In this document: positions 20,395 to 31,511 of the stretch, piece after piece | Layout of the letters: each line of letters opens with the position of its first letter | How positions within the stretch are numbered: position 1 is the stretch's first letter | Assembly (NCBI GenBank): GCA_963745835.1 | Contig: CAVUZH010000013.1 | Span: 288,001-352,000 of the forward strand | Source of the DNA: an uncultured delta proteobacterium | GTDB taxonomy: Bacteria; Desulfobacterota; Binatia; UBA9968 | Length of the DNA stretch: 64,000 bases | Reading direction: 5' to 3' | The notes under the pieces: generated by a model | Seen by the model: the letters and a program-made list of their open reading frames with translations, nothing else | The model's database searches: none | What the model was told of the DNA's origin: nothing | Program-made: the position numbers and the translations under genes

Positions 20395-21025
20395 TTGGAC
20401 AATGCCTATACTCTGGGCAAGGCCATCTTTCGGCTCGTTGCCGTCACATTCGCCTTGGCCCATTATCCAGCGCTTCTCCTCTTCCCAGCAGCTACTGGCT
20501 ACGCCGCTGAAACATTGATCCCGTTAAAGGTTGGCTATCTCTCCATCGCAGCAGGCCATTCCGTTCTGTGGGTTGCAAAGGAGGCCCGGATCGTCGAAAA
20601 GAACGGTCTAAGCGTGGAAACGGTCTATGCCCCATCGTCTGCGCTCACGCAGGCCATGCTTTCACGGAGCATCCCGCTGGGTATTACTGGGCCTGTGTCG
20701 CCTCTGGAAGCGAACGTAAAGGGTGCAGATTTCGTTATTCTGGGAACCCTGAGGAAAACTCCGACCCCTGGTCTATTTGGTAAGCCACAAGAAGATTACG
20801 AGCGTCAAGCAGCTACGTGGAAAAAAGCTTGGAGTGGGCCGGTTCGGGAGCGCAACCGATAAAATCCTTATTATGACGCTCAAAAAATTCGGAATCGAGC
20901 CTAACGAAGTTAGCCTGCTGCAGCTGGGCAATTCGGCATTGAGAATGATCGCCTTACAACAACAGGGAATTGACGCAACCATTTTGGCAGTCGAGGACGG
21001 ACTTGCCGCCAAGCGGCGTTGTTGA
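20395..21025 (+). pseudogene. SsuA/NMT1-like binding protein, frameshifted and truncated
   Basis: LKVGYLSI, LWVAKEA, then a shift near 20770 to LRGKKLGVGRFGSATD; ends prematurely. Confidence 0.8.
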
Positions 21026-21146
21026 AAATCAAGGTCATAGAAAAGGCTTAGGATCGGTCGGCATAGTAGGGGGTGGAAATATCAACAGCGCCTCAGGGGT
21101 CGATCAAGTAGCGCTCCTCCATTTGGTATCGAGAAGATCTTTGTGA

Positions 21147-21815
21147 CTAGCAATAGTGCCGGTAGATGCCGTCGAACTTGCCGAGCTTAAAGCGCACCGC
21201 GTACTCCGCGGTTTGCCGTACCAAGTGTTCCATCACAGGGGAATCGGTATAGCGCGCGATGATCTCGGAGGCCATTTTGATGTGATCCTCGTCCGCTGCC
21301 TTATGCACAGTGAAGAACTGGAGGGATGAGTCACCAAGGTTATAGTGCTTGCGCAAGGATTTGTCGAATTCCTCGGAGTAGCGCTGTACCATCGTTTCAT
21401 CCACCAAGCCGGAGACCCGGTTCTCCGCCGGAGAGCCCAACAGCATTCCGCGAATGGTCTTGCTCGTGTGTGCGAAGCATTCGAAGATCTGGCCGCTCTT
21501 CTGAAAATCATCCTCTTTGAGCCCTATGGCGAGCCCGAATCGCTTGGCGAGGTCCGGATGGCTTTGCTCTTCATTGAACTGGTAGTTGAAATAGTTATAC
21601 AACTCGGGATTGTGAGCGTTTTTTACCATGCAGAGCGCAAAGCCTTTTAGCAGCGCTTTGTTATGAAGGTAGTGTTGAATCGACCACCCCTGAAGGCGGC
21701 GAATCGACAACCGGCCTTCCCGCAGCTCCGAAAAAAAAGCACTTTCCATGAGCTGCCGGACTCCCGGTTGAATGATCTCTTGGGTGAGGGAATCGACGAA
21801 AGCTTTATTTTCCAT
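21147..21815 (-). CDS. Heme-oxygenase-like (CADD/PqqC/TenA superfamily) iron-containing redox enzyme
   Basis: NEEQSH, DETMV and FFTVHKAADEDH supply candidate E/H/E/H/D/H diiron ligands; AAAGGAG RBS. Confidence 0.8.
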   Translation of the reverse strand: MENKAFVDSLTQEIIQPGVRQLMESAFFSELREGRLSIRRLQGWSIQHYLHNKALLKGFALCMVKNAHNPELYNYFNYQFNEEQSHPDLAKRFGLAIGLKEDDFQKSGQIFECFAHTSKTIRGMLLGSPAENRVSGLVDETMVQRYSEEFDKSLRKHYNLGDSSLQFFTVHKAADEDHIKMASEIIARYTDSPVMEHLVRQTAEYAVRFKLGKFDGIYRHYC

Positions 21816-21871
21816 GGCTTTTGCGTTCTCCTTTCCTTCGTGCGAGTTGACGCTGAAAAGAGCGATCTGGA

Positions 21872-22800
21872 TCAGGCTTCCGCTCGATAGAGACCAGTCG
21901 CCTCCATCAATGGCCGATCGGTGATCGAGAATAACAACGCTTCGTTGCCAGACTGATTCTCATGATGATGCCATAGCCAAAGCGGGATGACAAAAGAATC
22001 TCCCTTTTGCCATTGCAGGAAACCTTCACCCACCGCCGTCCGGCCGCGTCCGCGAAATACGTGGTACAAGGTTGAACTTGTGTGACGATGAGACCGGGTC
22101 CTTTGCCCGGGTTTGAGCAGTTGCATCGCACAGAACATCGTCGCCAGCGTAGGCCCACCGGATCGTGGATTGACGAATTGAACAAGAGAGCCGTCGTAGG
22201 GGTCGGCTTCGGAGCCATTGATGGCTTGTAAAGCCGCATAGGTATCTCCCCACGGGTAACGAAACGGCATCCCGACGGGCTCGGAATTTAATCGCTGTGA
22301 TGCGGGGGGCCAATCCCAGGTGGCGCGTGGAATCTCCATCCGCCCGCACGACCGTTTGCGCTTCCTTCTCGTATTCCTCGAAAAAGAGCGCGTTCAGGGT
22401 ATAGATGAGCGGGCCACCTAATCCGTCCAACCAGATGATGGGCTCCCCGGAAGCATTGAAATGATCATGCCATGTCCAATTGGGAGTGAGAATCAAATCA
22501 CCTTCCTCCATGAGGAAGCGCTCACCTTCAACGACGGTACAAGCACCGTGACCTTGGACGACGAATCTGATAGCCGCCATGTTGTGCCTGTGCGCCCGGG
22601 CGACCTCGCCAGGGTTCACAATCGAAAAACTGAATTGCAGCGTTCGCGAAGTTGATTTAGAAGGGCTGTACGGGCTGATCAGCCGGATCGATCGGCGCTC
22701 GGCCAGCTCGAAACTTATACTATCCTTGGCTCTTAGCAACCCTCTATGGCGCGAGATTGAATGGTGCGTCGCGTCTGAGGAGCCCATCAAGTTTACTCTG
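21872..22800 (-). pseudogene. Gentisate 1,2-dioxygenase-like bicupin, N-terminally eroded and frameshifted near 22305
   Basis: ERRSIRL, ARAHRHNMAAIRFV, LTPNWTWHDH, WLDGLGGPL (Asp replaced by Gly), second cupin SHRHTSST...WHHHEN. Confidence 0.8.
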
Positions 22801-22889
22801 CCGGAAGGTCTCACGCCGAGAAAAATCTCGAAGGGAAAGAAATTGGGGCGGATGTTGAACATCGTTCCGTTCAAGCGAAAGGTGATCTC

Positions 22890-23318
22890 CAAGAGGAATA
22901 CGGAGTCCCATGATAGGGTCGTTTGAAAGGTGATGAGTCCGGCCTTTCGTCCGATCAGGTCTTTCGGGGCGCGAATCGATCCATCAGCGTTAACCCAAAT
23001 ATGTGACTGACTGAAGAGGCGGCGCGGAAATACCGGGATCGCCGTAAAGGGCAAGCCTTGGCCTTTTGCCATAATATAGGACGAGAGCGAAACCTGACAC
23101 GCATCAAATTCCCGCTCTGCCAGCATGCGGTAGTGGCGGTTGAGCCCGTTCCTCAAAGAGTTGGACTCACCCACGGCCAGCACCTCGAGATCAATATCCC
23201 TAATACCGACAGTCCCATCGAAAAAACGGGATATGGCGGTCATATAAAGATAGCGCCATGGTGAGTTTTTGCCGGCCCATAACCTGACTCTGTTTCTCTC
23301 GATGCTCCTTCGGTCCAC
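22890..23318 (-). pseudogene. N-terminal fragment of a Pht5/OphC-like protein, fused by deletion to the cupin remnant
   Basis: EFDACQVSLSSYIMAK, PFTAIPVFPRRLFSQS, IRAPKDLIGRK, FQTTLS, then homology is lost. Confidence 0.7.
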
Positions 23319-23569
23319 GCTTAAAGTCGCTCTAAAAAAACTGTGGACTATTGTGAGCCAAGTACCATCAGCGTCACCCTGTTGTTAACTAAGTCTGCAA
23401 CCGGAAGATAGGCGACAAAATCAACCCCAGCATTCATCCACCCTTATCTCGCGGAATAGAGTGTCAAACTATTCTTGCTAATCTTGCTAAAACAAAATCT
23501 GAGGAGAGACCTTGTTATCTGTTTTTCATTGAGGTCTACACCGTTTTCTAATTGACCTCCCCACCGTGC

Positions 23570-24180
23570 TCAATTCTTCCGGGTTGGAAAAGCCGGGGGG
23601 ATGATGTCTTCCGTGCTCCTACCATTCCGATCGCGACTCGCCCAGGCATCCCAAGCACGCTGGGCAAAACCGTATCCGCTTGAACGACAGCTCGTCTTCG
23701 TCGATTCGAGTGGATCGGCCGTTCTCAATCGCGATTTCACCATTGACAATGACGGTTTCGACGTCCGCACTGCCGTACTCAACCGAGCGTTGATTGGATC
23801 GCGCGCCGGACCGTATCGGGTGGTGCGCAGATTGACGATCACCACATCGGCTTTTGCACCGGCGGCAATGCGCCCAAGATCTTTGCGGCCCAGAGCCTCG
23901 GCGCCGACGATGGTCGCAGCGTTAAAAACGTCGGCCGGGCGCGCGCCGGGAGCGTTCTTATCGACGAGGCGCGAAATCAACGAGGCGTCGCGCATCTCGG
24001 CGATAATATCGACAGGATAGGTATCGGTCCCTAGCTCTATCTCAATACCGGCTGCAAGATACTGATCGAAGGACTCCATGGTGAAGGCCATCTTCGCGCA
24101 TTTGTGCCGGACAGTGTCCGACGGTGGCCGCCTGACTCGGCGATGATCCTTAATTCCTCACTATCGCTCTGCGGATCCTC
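23570..24180 (-). pseudogene. Amidohydrolase (SsnA/MtaD-like) C-terminal fragment
   Basis: GHCP-like remnant, LGTDTYP, ATIVGAEALGRKDLGRIAAGAKADVV; 5' part replaced by a MITE. Confidence 0.8.
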
Positions 24181-24300
24181 GTGTTCGTGTCCGTGAAACG
24201 TGATCGAGAATTCCGAACGAACACGAACACGTACCACGAACACGATTCGAGCGAGACGATTGAGCACGAAGCATATGAGGCTTTTTCGGCAGCCTGTTAG
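24180..24300 (-). mobile_element. MITE-like repeat, subfamily B
   Basis: Reverse complement CTAACAGGCTGCCGAAAAAG..CATATGCT..CAATCG..GTGTTCGTG..GAATTCTCGATCACGTTTCACGGAC aligns by eye with 45156-45316. Confidence 0.65.
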
Positions 24301-25163
24301 TTCTTCCCTAGCGACACCATGAAGATTCCTGCCACCACCATGGCGGCGCCGGCAACTTTGCGCCGGGTCACAATCTCTATCTGCCGCGCCATCAAAGGCG
24401 TCAAGATGAGCACGAATACCGCGTAGCTATTAATCAGCGGAGCAATAATCGTGACCCGCTCCATGCTTAGGGCAACATACATACATAGGAAAGACCCGCC
24501 GGTAAAAATCCCCGACCAGACAAACCAGCGCGCGGCATTGGCCGTAGGCCAACAAAATTTTTCGCCATGAAGATAACGCGTGATTAGAAAGATTTCGACC
24601 GTCGAGGTGAGCGCGGCGATCCCCGCCGCCAGGATCGGCTCGCCGCCGCCGTCGCCGAGGCCCCAACGCACCGTGACGTCCTTGCATGCGAAGATCAGGG
24701 CGCAGAGAAAGGGAAAGATCAATTCGATTTTATGATAGGAGCTCGTCGCTCCGGTCCACGAGACGGTGACCAGGCCACAAACGGTCACGAAAACTCCGGC
24801 GATCACCCATGGGCCTGGCCTCTCGCCAAGAAGCAGTATCGCCAGAACCGTGGAAAACATCGGCGTCGTATTGATGATGGTCGATGTAACCGAGCTGCCC
24901 ATGGTTCGAATGCCGCGGAAACTCAACACACGGGTTACGCCCGGCACCAACAAACCCACGGCGACAAAAATTAAATTGTCAAAAATGAAAATTGGCGCGA
25001 AGGGGCGAAGTAAGAAATGCGCCGATAATAGAAACACGGTATTACCGGCAATAGTGATCCAGGCGCCCCATGGCGCCGCAGCCAGGTGATAGCCGCGCTG
25101 CGCCAAGAGGCTGGCAATGGCAAAGCAAACCGAAGTCAAAATCCCGAAGAAGATCGGCAACAC
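24297..25163 (-). CDS. DMT/EamA family transporter
   Basis: About 10 TM segments, two EamA repeats (LAILLLGERP). Confidence 0.88.
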   Translation of the reverse strand: MLPIFFGILTSVCFAIASLLAQRGYHLAAAPWGAWITIAGNTVFLLSAHFLLRPFAPIFIFDNLIFVAVGLLVPGVTRVLSFRGIRTMGSSVTSTIINTTPMFSTVLAILLLGERPGPWVIAGVFVTVCGLVTVSWTGATSSYHKIELIFPFLCALIFACKDVTVRWGLGDGGGEPILAAGIAALTSTVEIFLITRYLHGEKFCWPTANAARWFVWSGIFTGGSFLCMYVALSMERVTIIAPLINSYAVFVLILTPLMARQIEIVTRRKVAGAAMVVAGIFMVSLGKN

Positions 25164-25240
25164 GGAGCTTTATAAGTTTCCTTCGAAAGCGATTTCGTCT
25201 AGAGTGCCCGTTATATCCGAATTTTTTCACAATCGCATTC

Positions 25241-26306
25241 ATGCCTCCAACTAATCTCGCCCTGATCCGCCGCAGACTACTCGGTTGGTACGAAAAGAAC
25301 AGGAGAGATCTTCCCTGGCGCAGGACCTCGGATCCGTATGCGATCTGGATTTCCGAAACCATGCTGCAGCAGACGCAGGTCAAAACCGTTCTTCCTTATT
25401 ACGAAAGGTTTCTCAAAGCGTTTCCGACCATCACAGCATTGGATCGCGCCCCGCTTCGACAGGTCCTGCGTGCCTGGTCCGGGCTAGGATACTATCGGCG
25501 CGCGGAGAATTTAAAAAAATCCGCATCGGCGCTGATGCGCCGGCACGGCGGAACTATGCCCCGAAGACTACGAGAGTTTGCGCGCGTTGCCGGGAATCGG
25601 CGATTACACCGCGGGCGCCATTCTCAGCATCGCCTTCCAGAAATCTTACCCGGCGGTTGACGGCAATGCGCGGCGCGTATTGGGCCGTTTGTTCAATATG
25701 GCCGGGGCGAAACAGTTACGCGCCGCGGCAGAAGAGCTCATCTCGAAGTCGAACCCGGGCGATTTGAACCAGGCGATCATGGAACTCGGCGCAACCATTT
25801 GTCTACCCGCAGAGCCGCTCTGTTTACTCTGCCCGCTCGCCGCGCATTGCCGTGTGCACAGCGGAAGCGGAACCTCCAAGAAGCCGGCGTCCCGGAAAAA
25901 ACTGAAGTTTACAAACGTCACGTGGCCTCTAGCGATTATTCGCCGCGGCGAAAAAATTCTATTGCGGCGCCGCGCCAATAGAGGTTTGCTCGCCGGAATG
26001 TGGGAGTTTCCAGGCGGTGAGAAGCCGGGAAACGACGGGAGCCTGAGAACTTTATGGCGTCATCTGCACGAAATCGGGCCTCTTTCAGTTGTCCCTCTGG
26101 GCATCGGCGAAATCCGTCATAGCATTACTTACCGCCGCATTCGCGCACCGATTTTTTTATTCGATCTCGCTGGTAATGACACCATCGACTTGCCTCCCTT
26201 CAACTGGCGCTGGGTAGCTCCGGCCGCGCTGAACCGTTATCCAGCATCCTCCATGACTCTAAAAGCGGCCCGAGTTTTAGCAAGCTATGAAAAAAGTGCT
26301 TGTTAA
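25241..26306 (+). CDS. mutY: A/G-specific adenine glycosylase MutY, one extra C at 25559-25562
   Basis: RDLPWRRTSDPYAIWISETMLQQTQV, WSGLGYYRRA, LPGIGDYTAGA, VDGNARRV, Fe-S cysteines, NUDIX-like C-terminus. Confidence 0.92.
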
Positions 26307-27045
26307 AAGCCTCCTCATCTCGGCGATAGTCGCATCCCTGGTTTATTTTTACCTTGCCTTGCCCAATGTTTCGCTCTTGAAGAACAGAAATCCTCAGACC
26401 TCTGCGCTTATGGAACTACGCGACCAGGAGAACAGAGAAAAGAAGTTGCGGCTGTCACGGCAACAAATTTGGGTGCCTTACGGACGGATTTCAGATCATC
26501 TAAAGAAAGCTGTTCTGCTCAGCGAAGACGCTTCTTTCTTCAGTCACAACGGAGTGGACTTCGCCGAGCTCAAGGAAGCATTCAAAAGAGATCTAAAAAC
26601 GCTCAGTTTCAGACGCGGCGGCAGCACCATCACGATGCAGCTAGCAAGGAACTTGTATTTAAATCCGGCAAAAAATCCGCTGCGGAAAATGAAGGAAATC
26701 ATTATCGCTTGGCAGCTTGAGCAGACTCTTTCTAAAACTCGGATCTTCGAGCTTTATCTAAATATCGTCGAATGGGGCCGCAATATTTACGGCGCCGAAG
26801 CAGGATCCCGTCACTATTTTGGCAAGTCCGCCGCCAGTTTGGATCCATTGGAAGCCGCCACTTTGGTGGCGCTACTGCCGAGCCCGCGAACAAATCGTGA
26901 AAAAAGCATTCTTCAGAGGCGAAACCTCGTGTTAGCAAGACTCGCCAAGGTGGGCCACATCAGCGAAAAGGAATACCATCGCGCTAAGGAAGTTCCGCTT
27001 TTCTACAAGGCAAAGAAGGACACTCCCCGGCTGCTGCAAGATTAA
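26287..27045 (+). CDS. mtgA: Monofunctional peptidoglycan transglycosylase
   Basis: SEDASFFSHNGVD, RGGSTITMQLARNLYL, RKMKE, IFELYLNIVEWG. Confidence 0.9.
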   Translation: MKKVLVKSLLISAIVASLVYFYLALPNVSLLKNRNPQTSALMELRDQENREKKLRLSRQQIWVPYGRISDHLKKAVLLSEDASFFSHNGVDFAELKEAFKRDLKTLSFRRGGSTITMQLARNLYLNPAKNPLRKMKEIIIAWQLEQTLSKTRIFELYLNIVEWGRNIYGAEAGSRHYFGKSAASLDPLEAATLVALLPSPRTNREKSILQRRNLVLARLAKVGHISEKEYHRAKEVPLFYKAKKDTPRLLQD

Positions 27046-27211
27046 AATTCAGCGCGGCTACCCCGCCGCCAAATTACCCCTGATTCGCAGTACATCCTTT
27101 TTCTTCCCAAATCGTCTAAGTTTTGAGGCATAATCTCCGGCGAATGATAGCCTCCACCCTGATCGCCGAACACAATCGAACAGTTTTCGCCGGACAAAGA
27201 AAGGGGAACGA

Positions 27212-27420
27212 ATGGAAAAGGGCACAAAAAAGCTGGACACCACCCTGGGCGAGCTCATTGCGGCGGCCAGCGAAGTTGCTTTTGAATACTCCGATAATGA
27301 CAGAGACGCCTACAAGCTGGCTCAGGCAGCGCTGATCGAAATTCTCAGGAAAGCTTCCCATGCTGGCAGCTTGGACGATTTTGGTGAATCGCCGCGCCAA
27401 GAAAAACCTATCTTCACTAA
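27212..27420 (+). CDS. Small hypothetical protein; true end probably 27420 if one A is missing near 27402, otherwise 27568
   Basis: AAAGGGG RBS; helical TTLGELIAAASEVAFEY; a strong terminator follows 27420. Confidence 0.55.
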
Positions 27421-27433
27421 GCCTACCATCCGG

Positions 27434-27469
27434 GAGGGGCGGAAAGTCCGCCCCTCGCTTCGTTTTGTT
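27434..27469 (+). terminator. Intrinsic terminator
   Basis: GAGGGGCGGA-AAG-TCCGCCCCTC stem followed by a T-rich tract. Confidence 0.7.
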
Positions 27470-27771
27470 ACCTTAGCTCCGGGAACTTTAAACCACCGCC
27501 GGACGTTATTCATTCAGTATTTGGGCGCAACCAAAGTGCGCGATGGATCATCTAAATCGAAATGCTGAACGTTATACTGAGTTGGCTTCTAAAAGCACAG
27601 CTGCCGATAATCCAGATGGAACACTGTGTCTGAGTTGAACCGCTGTTGCTGGATAGACAATTGGAGCGCGATTCGCTAGAGAAATACCGGCCGGGCCTCG
27701 AATCACCGCACAAGACGTGCCATTACAGTGGTTCGTACCTCGAGACCGGCGAGAACACAAAGCGAGGGGTC

Positions 27772-28737
27772 ATGCTGATCAAAAAACCGGATGATATCAA
27801 GTCCTCAGAGATTACTCCCAGGGAGCTGTATCTTAACCGTCGACAATTCATGCTTTCAGCCTCGGCTAGCGCTGTCACCGCAGGCGCGGCTCTCGCTGGA
27901 TTCGATCTCTTTCGGGGTGCAAGCCAAGCTCTTGCCGCCGAACAGATTGCCAACTTAAAGAAGAGCTCCTACAGCACCAGCGAGAAGCAAAACTCATTTA
28001 AAGACATCACCAACTATAATAATTTCTACGAGCTTGGGCCCGACAAAGAAGATCCGGCGACAAACGCCAAGTACTTGACTCCGACTCGGCCCTGGACGGT
28101 AGCGGTGGAAGGTGAGGTCAAAAAGCCCAAGACCTACGACATCGATGCTTTGACCAAGCTAAGTCCGCTGGAGGAAAGAGTTTATCGACTACGGTGTGTC
28201 GAAGCTTGGTCCATGGTGATCCCGTGGATCGGCTTTCCTTTAAACGCGCTAATCAAACTCGCCGAACCTACCGGCAACGCAAAATTTATCCAGTTCGTGA
28301 CCTTGCATGACCCGAAGCGCATGCCCGGCCAGAAATTGCCGATCATGGAATGGCCCTACGTCGAAGGCTTGCGCATGGACGAAGCCATGCACCCGTTGAC
28401 GATCTTATCGGTGGGCTTGTATGGCCAGGTATTGCCGGCGCAGAACGGCGCCCCGATTCGCGTGGTGGTGCCGTGGAAATACGGTTTCAAAAGCATCAAG
28501 TCCATCGTCAAAATCCGTTTCGTCGAAAAACAACCACCGGCGTCTTGGAACATGATGCAGCCCCAGGAGTACGGATTTTACTCCAACGTTAATCCCGAGG
28601 TCGACCATCCGCGTTGGACCCAGGCGACGGAGCGGCGCATAGGGGAGTTTCTCCGGCGCAAGACGCTCATGTTCAACGGTTACGGTGATCAGGTCGCGCA
28701 GCTATACAGCGGCATGGACCTTAAAAAATTCTACTAG
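27772..28737 (+). CDS. msrP: Methionine sulfoxide reductase catalytic subunit MsrP
   Basis: SSEITP, Tat motif [39 protein letters not shown]. Confidence 0.96.
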   Translation: MLIKKPDDIKSSEITPRELYLNRRQFMLSASASAVTAGAALAGFDLFRGASQALAAEQIANLKKSSYSTSEKQNSFKDITNYNNFYELGPDKEDPATNAKYLTPTRPWTVAVEGEVKKPKTYDIDALTKLSPLEERVYRLRCVEAWSMVIPWIGFPLNALIKLAEPTGNAKFIQFVTLHDPKRMPGQKLPIMEWPYVEGLRMDEAMHPLTILSVGLYGQVLPAQNGAPIRVVVPWKYGFKSIKSIVKIRFVEKQPPASWNMMQPQEYGFYSNVNPEVDHPRWTQATERRIGEFLRRKTLMFNGYGDQVAQLYSGMDLKKFY

Positions 28738-28906
28738 GAGCGAAGTCGAATTGGCGTTTAGCGAGCTGCGATAAAAACCGAGATCACAACTATATTCGCG
28801 TATACGCGCCGGCGATGATAACTTGCACTGTCTGTCCTCCAAGCTTGCATTCTTCTTCCGAGAAAATGCCTTCTAAGCGCTGTTTGACTTCTATGTAGTT
28901 AACCCG

Positions 28907-29557
28907 ATGCGCTCCTGGATAAAACCTGCGCTCTTCATCGCCTGCCTGATCCCGCTAACGCAGCTCGCGTACGGATTTTATACAGAAGACTTGACCGCCA
29001 ATCCGATCGAGTATATCACCCGCTTCACCGGGTCGTGGGCGCTCATCATTTTAATTACCAGCCTGGCGGTTACGCCTTTGCGCAAGATGTTCGGCTGGAA
29101 CGCGCTGATCAGATATCGGCGCATGCTGGGTCTTTTCGCGTTTTTCTATGCGGTCCTGCATTTCCTAACCTATATGGTCTTGGACCATTTCTTCGACTTT
29201 CAGGCGATTGCCAAGGACATCTACAAGCGCCCCTATGTCACCGCTGGATTCACTTCATTCGTCTTGATGATTCCGCTGGCGCTCACGTCGACGGCGGCAA
29301 TGATCCGGCGTCTGGGCAAGCGTTGGCAACAGTTACACCGACTGGCCTATATTGCCGCAGCCGCCGCAGTTCTTCACTTTTACTGGCTGGTTAAATCGGA
29401 TATCCGCCGCCCTGCGCAATACGGCGCCGTGTTAGCATTGCTCCTCGGTGTCCGAGTTGCGTATGCGTTACTGCCGGCGGCGTCAAAACGCTTCGCCGGG
29501 AAAGCTAAAACGGTCACGCCGCAAACCGGCGGCTCTCGGTCGACAAGCGCGCGTTAA
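28907..29557 (+). CDS. msrQ: Heme-binding membrane subunit MsrQ
   Basis: RRMLGLFAFFYAVLHF, KRPYVTAG, WQQLHRLAY. Confidence 0.95.
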   Translation: MRSWIKPALFIACLIPLTQLAYGFYTEDLTANPIEYITRFTGSWALIILITSLAVTPLRKMFGWNALIRYRRMLGLFAFFYAVLHFLTYMVLDHFFDFQAIAKDIYKRPYVTAGFTSFVLMIPLALTSTAAMIRRLGKRWQQLHRLAYIAAAAAVLHFYWLVKSDIRRPAQYGAVLALLLGVRVAYALLPAASKRFAGKAKTVTPQTGGSRSTSAR

Positions 29558-29818
29558 GCATTCGCCGAGCTCTTTTCTACTTTTATGCCTAGCTTTTTAC
29601 ATGCGCGGGCGTAAGTTGTTGGGATTTATGCCGAAGATCTCCGTAGCGCCCTTTTACAGTGGACGACCCGACTGCGCCGTCTCTTGCGTCTTGACTGCTT
29701 AAATATCCTCGTTAAAGGCGCTGCATTGTTGATTCGTTCGACCATCTAACAGTCGATGACAGATGCGTGGAAAGCCGCTGGTTGGAATAGCTGTTAAAGG
29801 CGCATGTCTCGGCCACTT

Positions 29819-31278
29819 CTAGTAACGCCTTTTGCGGGTCGTTCCTCCACCGAAAAGCGAACCGAGCACGCCGCGGATGATCTCACGGCCGACCTGACTG
29901 CCGATGGCGCGGGCCGCGCTTTTACCCATGGCATCGAACAAACCTCCCGCTTCCGCTTGCCACGAGCCGCCTGCCGTCTTCGCCGTCGGCTGTTCGAGCT
30001 GCGGCGCTCGAGATTTGAGCATTTCATGCGCCGACTCGCGGTCGACTAATTTTTCATAGTGGCCATAAATGGTCGACTGTTTCACGATACTTTCTCGTTC
30101 GCCCGCTGCCAGCGGCGGCAACTGGCTTTGCGGCGGGTAAATCAAGGCGCGATCGACGATCGTGGGCCGGCCCTTTTCGTCCAGGAATGAAACCAGTGCT
30201 TCACCAACGCCCAATTCGGTGATCGCCGTTTCAACGTCGATGGCGGAGTTCTGGCGGAATGTCTGGGCGGCGGCTTTGACAGCCTTTTGATCGCGCGGCG
30301 TAAACGCGCGCAACGCATGCTGCACGCGATGGCCCAATTGACCCAGCACGACGTCGGGAACATCCAACGGATTCTGAGTGACGAAATAGACGCCAACGCC
30401 TTTGGAGCGAATCAGCCGGATTACTTGCTCGATTTTTTCCAGCAACACGGCCGGCGCATCGTTGAACAAGAGATGTGCTTCATCGAAAAAAAATGCCAAC
30501 TTGGGTTTTTCCGGATCTCCCACCTCGGGAAGCTGCTCGAACAACTCCGACAACAGCCAAAGTAAAAATGTCGCATATAGCTTGGGAGCGTTAATCAGTT
30601 TGTCGGCAACCAGGATATTGATAGTGCCCCGTCCTTGACTGTCGGTTTGCATCAGGTCATCGAGATCGAGCGCTGGCTCGCCAAAGAAATTTATCGCCGC
30701 CCTGCTCTTCCAGCGCCAGCAGGCCGCGCTGTATGGCGCCGATACTTGCTGCCGAAACGTTGCCGTACTTGGTTTTAAACTTTGCGGCATTGTCACCGAC
30801 GAATTGCAGCATTGAGCGCAGGTCTTTGAGGTCGAGCAGCAGCATGCCGTTGTCATCGGCGACTTTAAAAACCAGGTTGAGTACGCCGCTTTGGGTTTCG
30901 TTCAAATTGAGCAACCGCGCCAGCAGCAACGGCCCCATATCCGAGATTGTCGTGCGCACCGGATGGCCTTGTTCGCCGTACAAATCCCAAAAGACCGTCG
31001 GATAAGGGGCAAAGTCAAATTCTTTTAGGCTCGAGTTTGTCGAGTCGCTCGCGGATTTTCGGATTCTCTTGACCGGCCCGGGCGATTCCGGACAAATCGC
31101 TCTTTACGTCTGCCATGAATACCGGCACGCCTATACGGCTAAAATTTTCGGCGATGACCCGGAGTGTTACCGTCTTTCCAGTGCCGGTCGCACCGGCGAT
31201 CAAACCGTGGCGATTGGCCATCTGCGGCAGTAACGAGTGCTCGCCGCTGCCTTTAGCAATGCGCAGACCTTCCGCCAT
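29819..31278 (-). CDS. DUF853/YjgR HerA-like ATPase, two +1 frameshifts near 31029 and 30688
   Basis: [57 protein letters not shown]. Confidence 0.9.
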
Positions 31279-31511
31279 GAGATGCACCTCCCTCGGTGAG
31301 GTAAAAGATCATACTTCGTCCTATCTAGCGAACTATTAGTCAAAATAGGTCACTTGATGTATAGACCAGCGCGGACGTGAATTAAAGCACAGCGTCACAC
31401 GTCTAAGGCATCAAGAACGAACGAGATGAGCTCGAGCCGAGCCGGAGGGCGGCGCGTTAATCCCGGCGTTCTTAAACCAACAACAGATAAATCATACTGG
31501 AGGATCACACC

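Noticed and set aside
21147-21815. pqqC of PQQ biosynthesis
   Set aside because: No pqqA/B/D/E nearby, and the motif pattern fits a metal-binding CADD-like protein better.
22026-23318. 430-aa ORF as a novel decarboxylase-dioxygenase fusion
   Set aside because: Both halves are truncated, the junction is scrambled and the tail is out of frame; it is a deletion product.
24180-24250. CACGAA-type short repeats as a CRISPR array or VNTR
   Set aside because: No repeat-spacer periodicity and no cas genes; it is the interior of MITE subfamily B.
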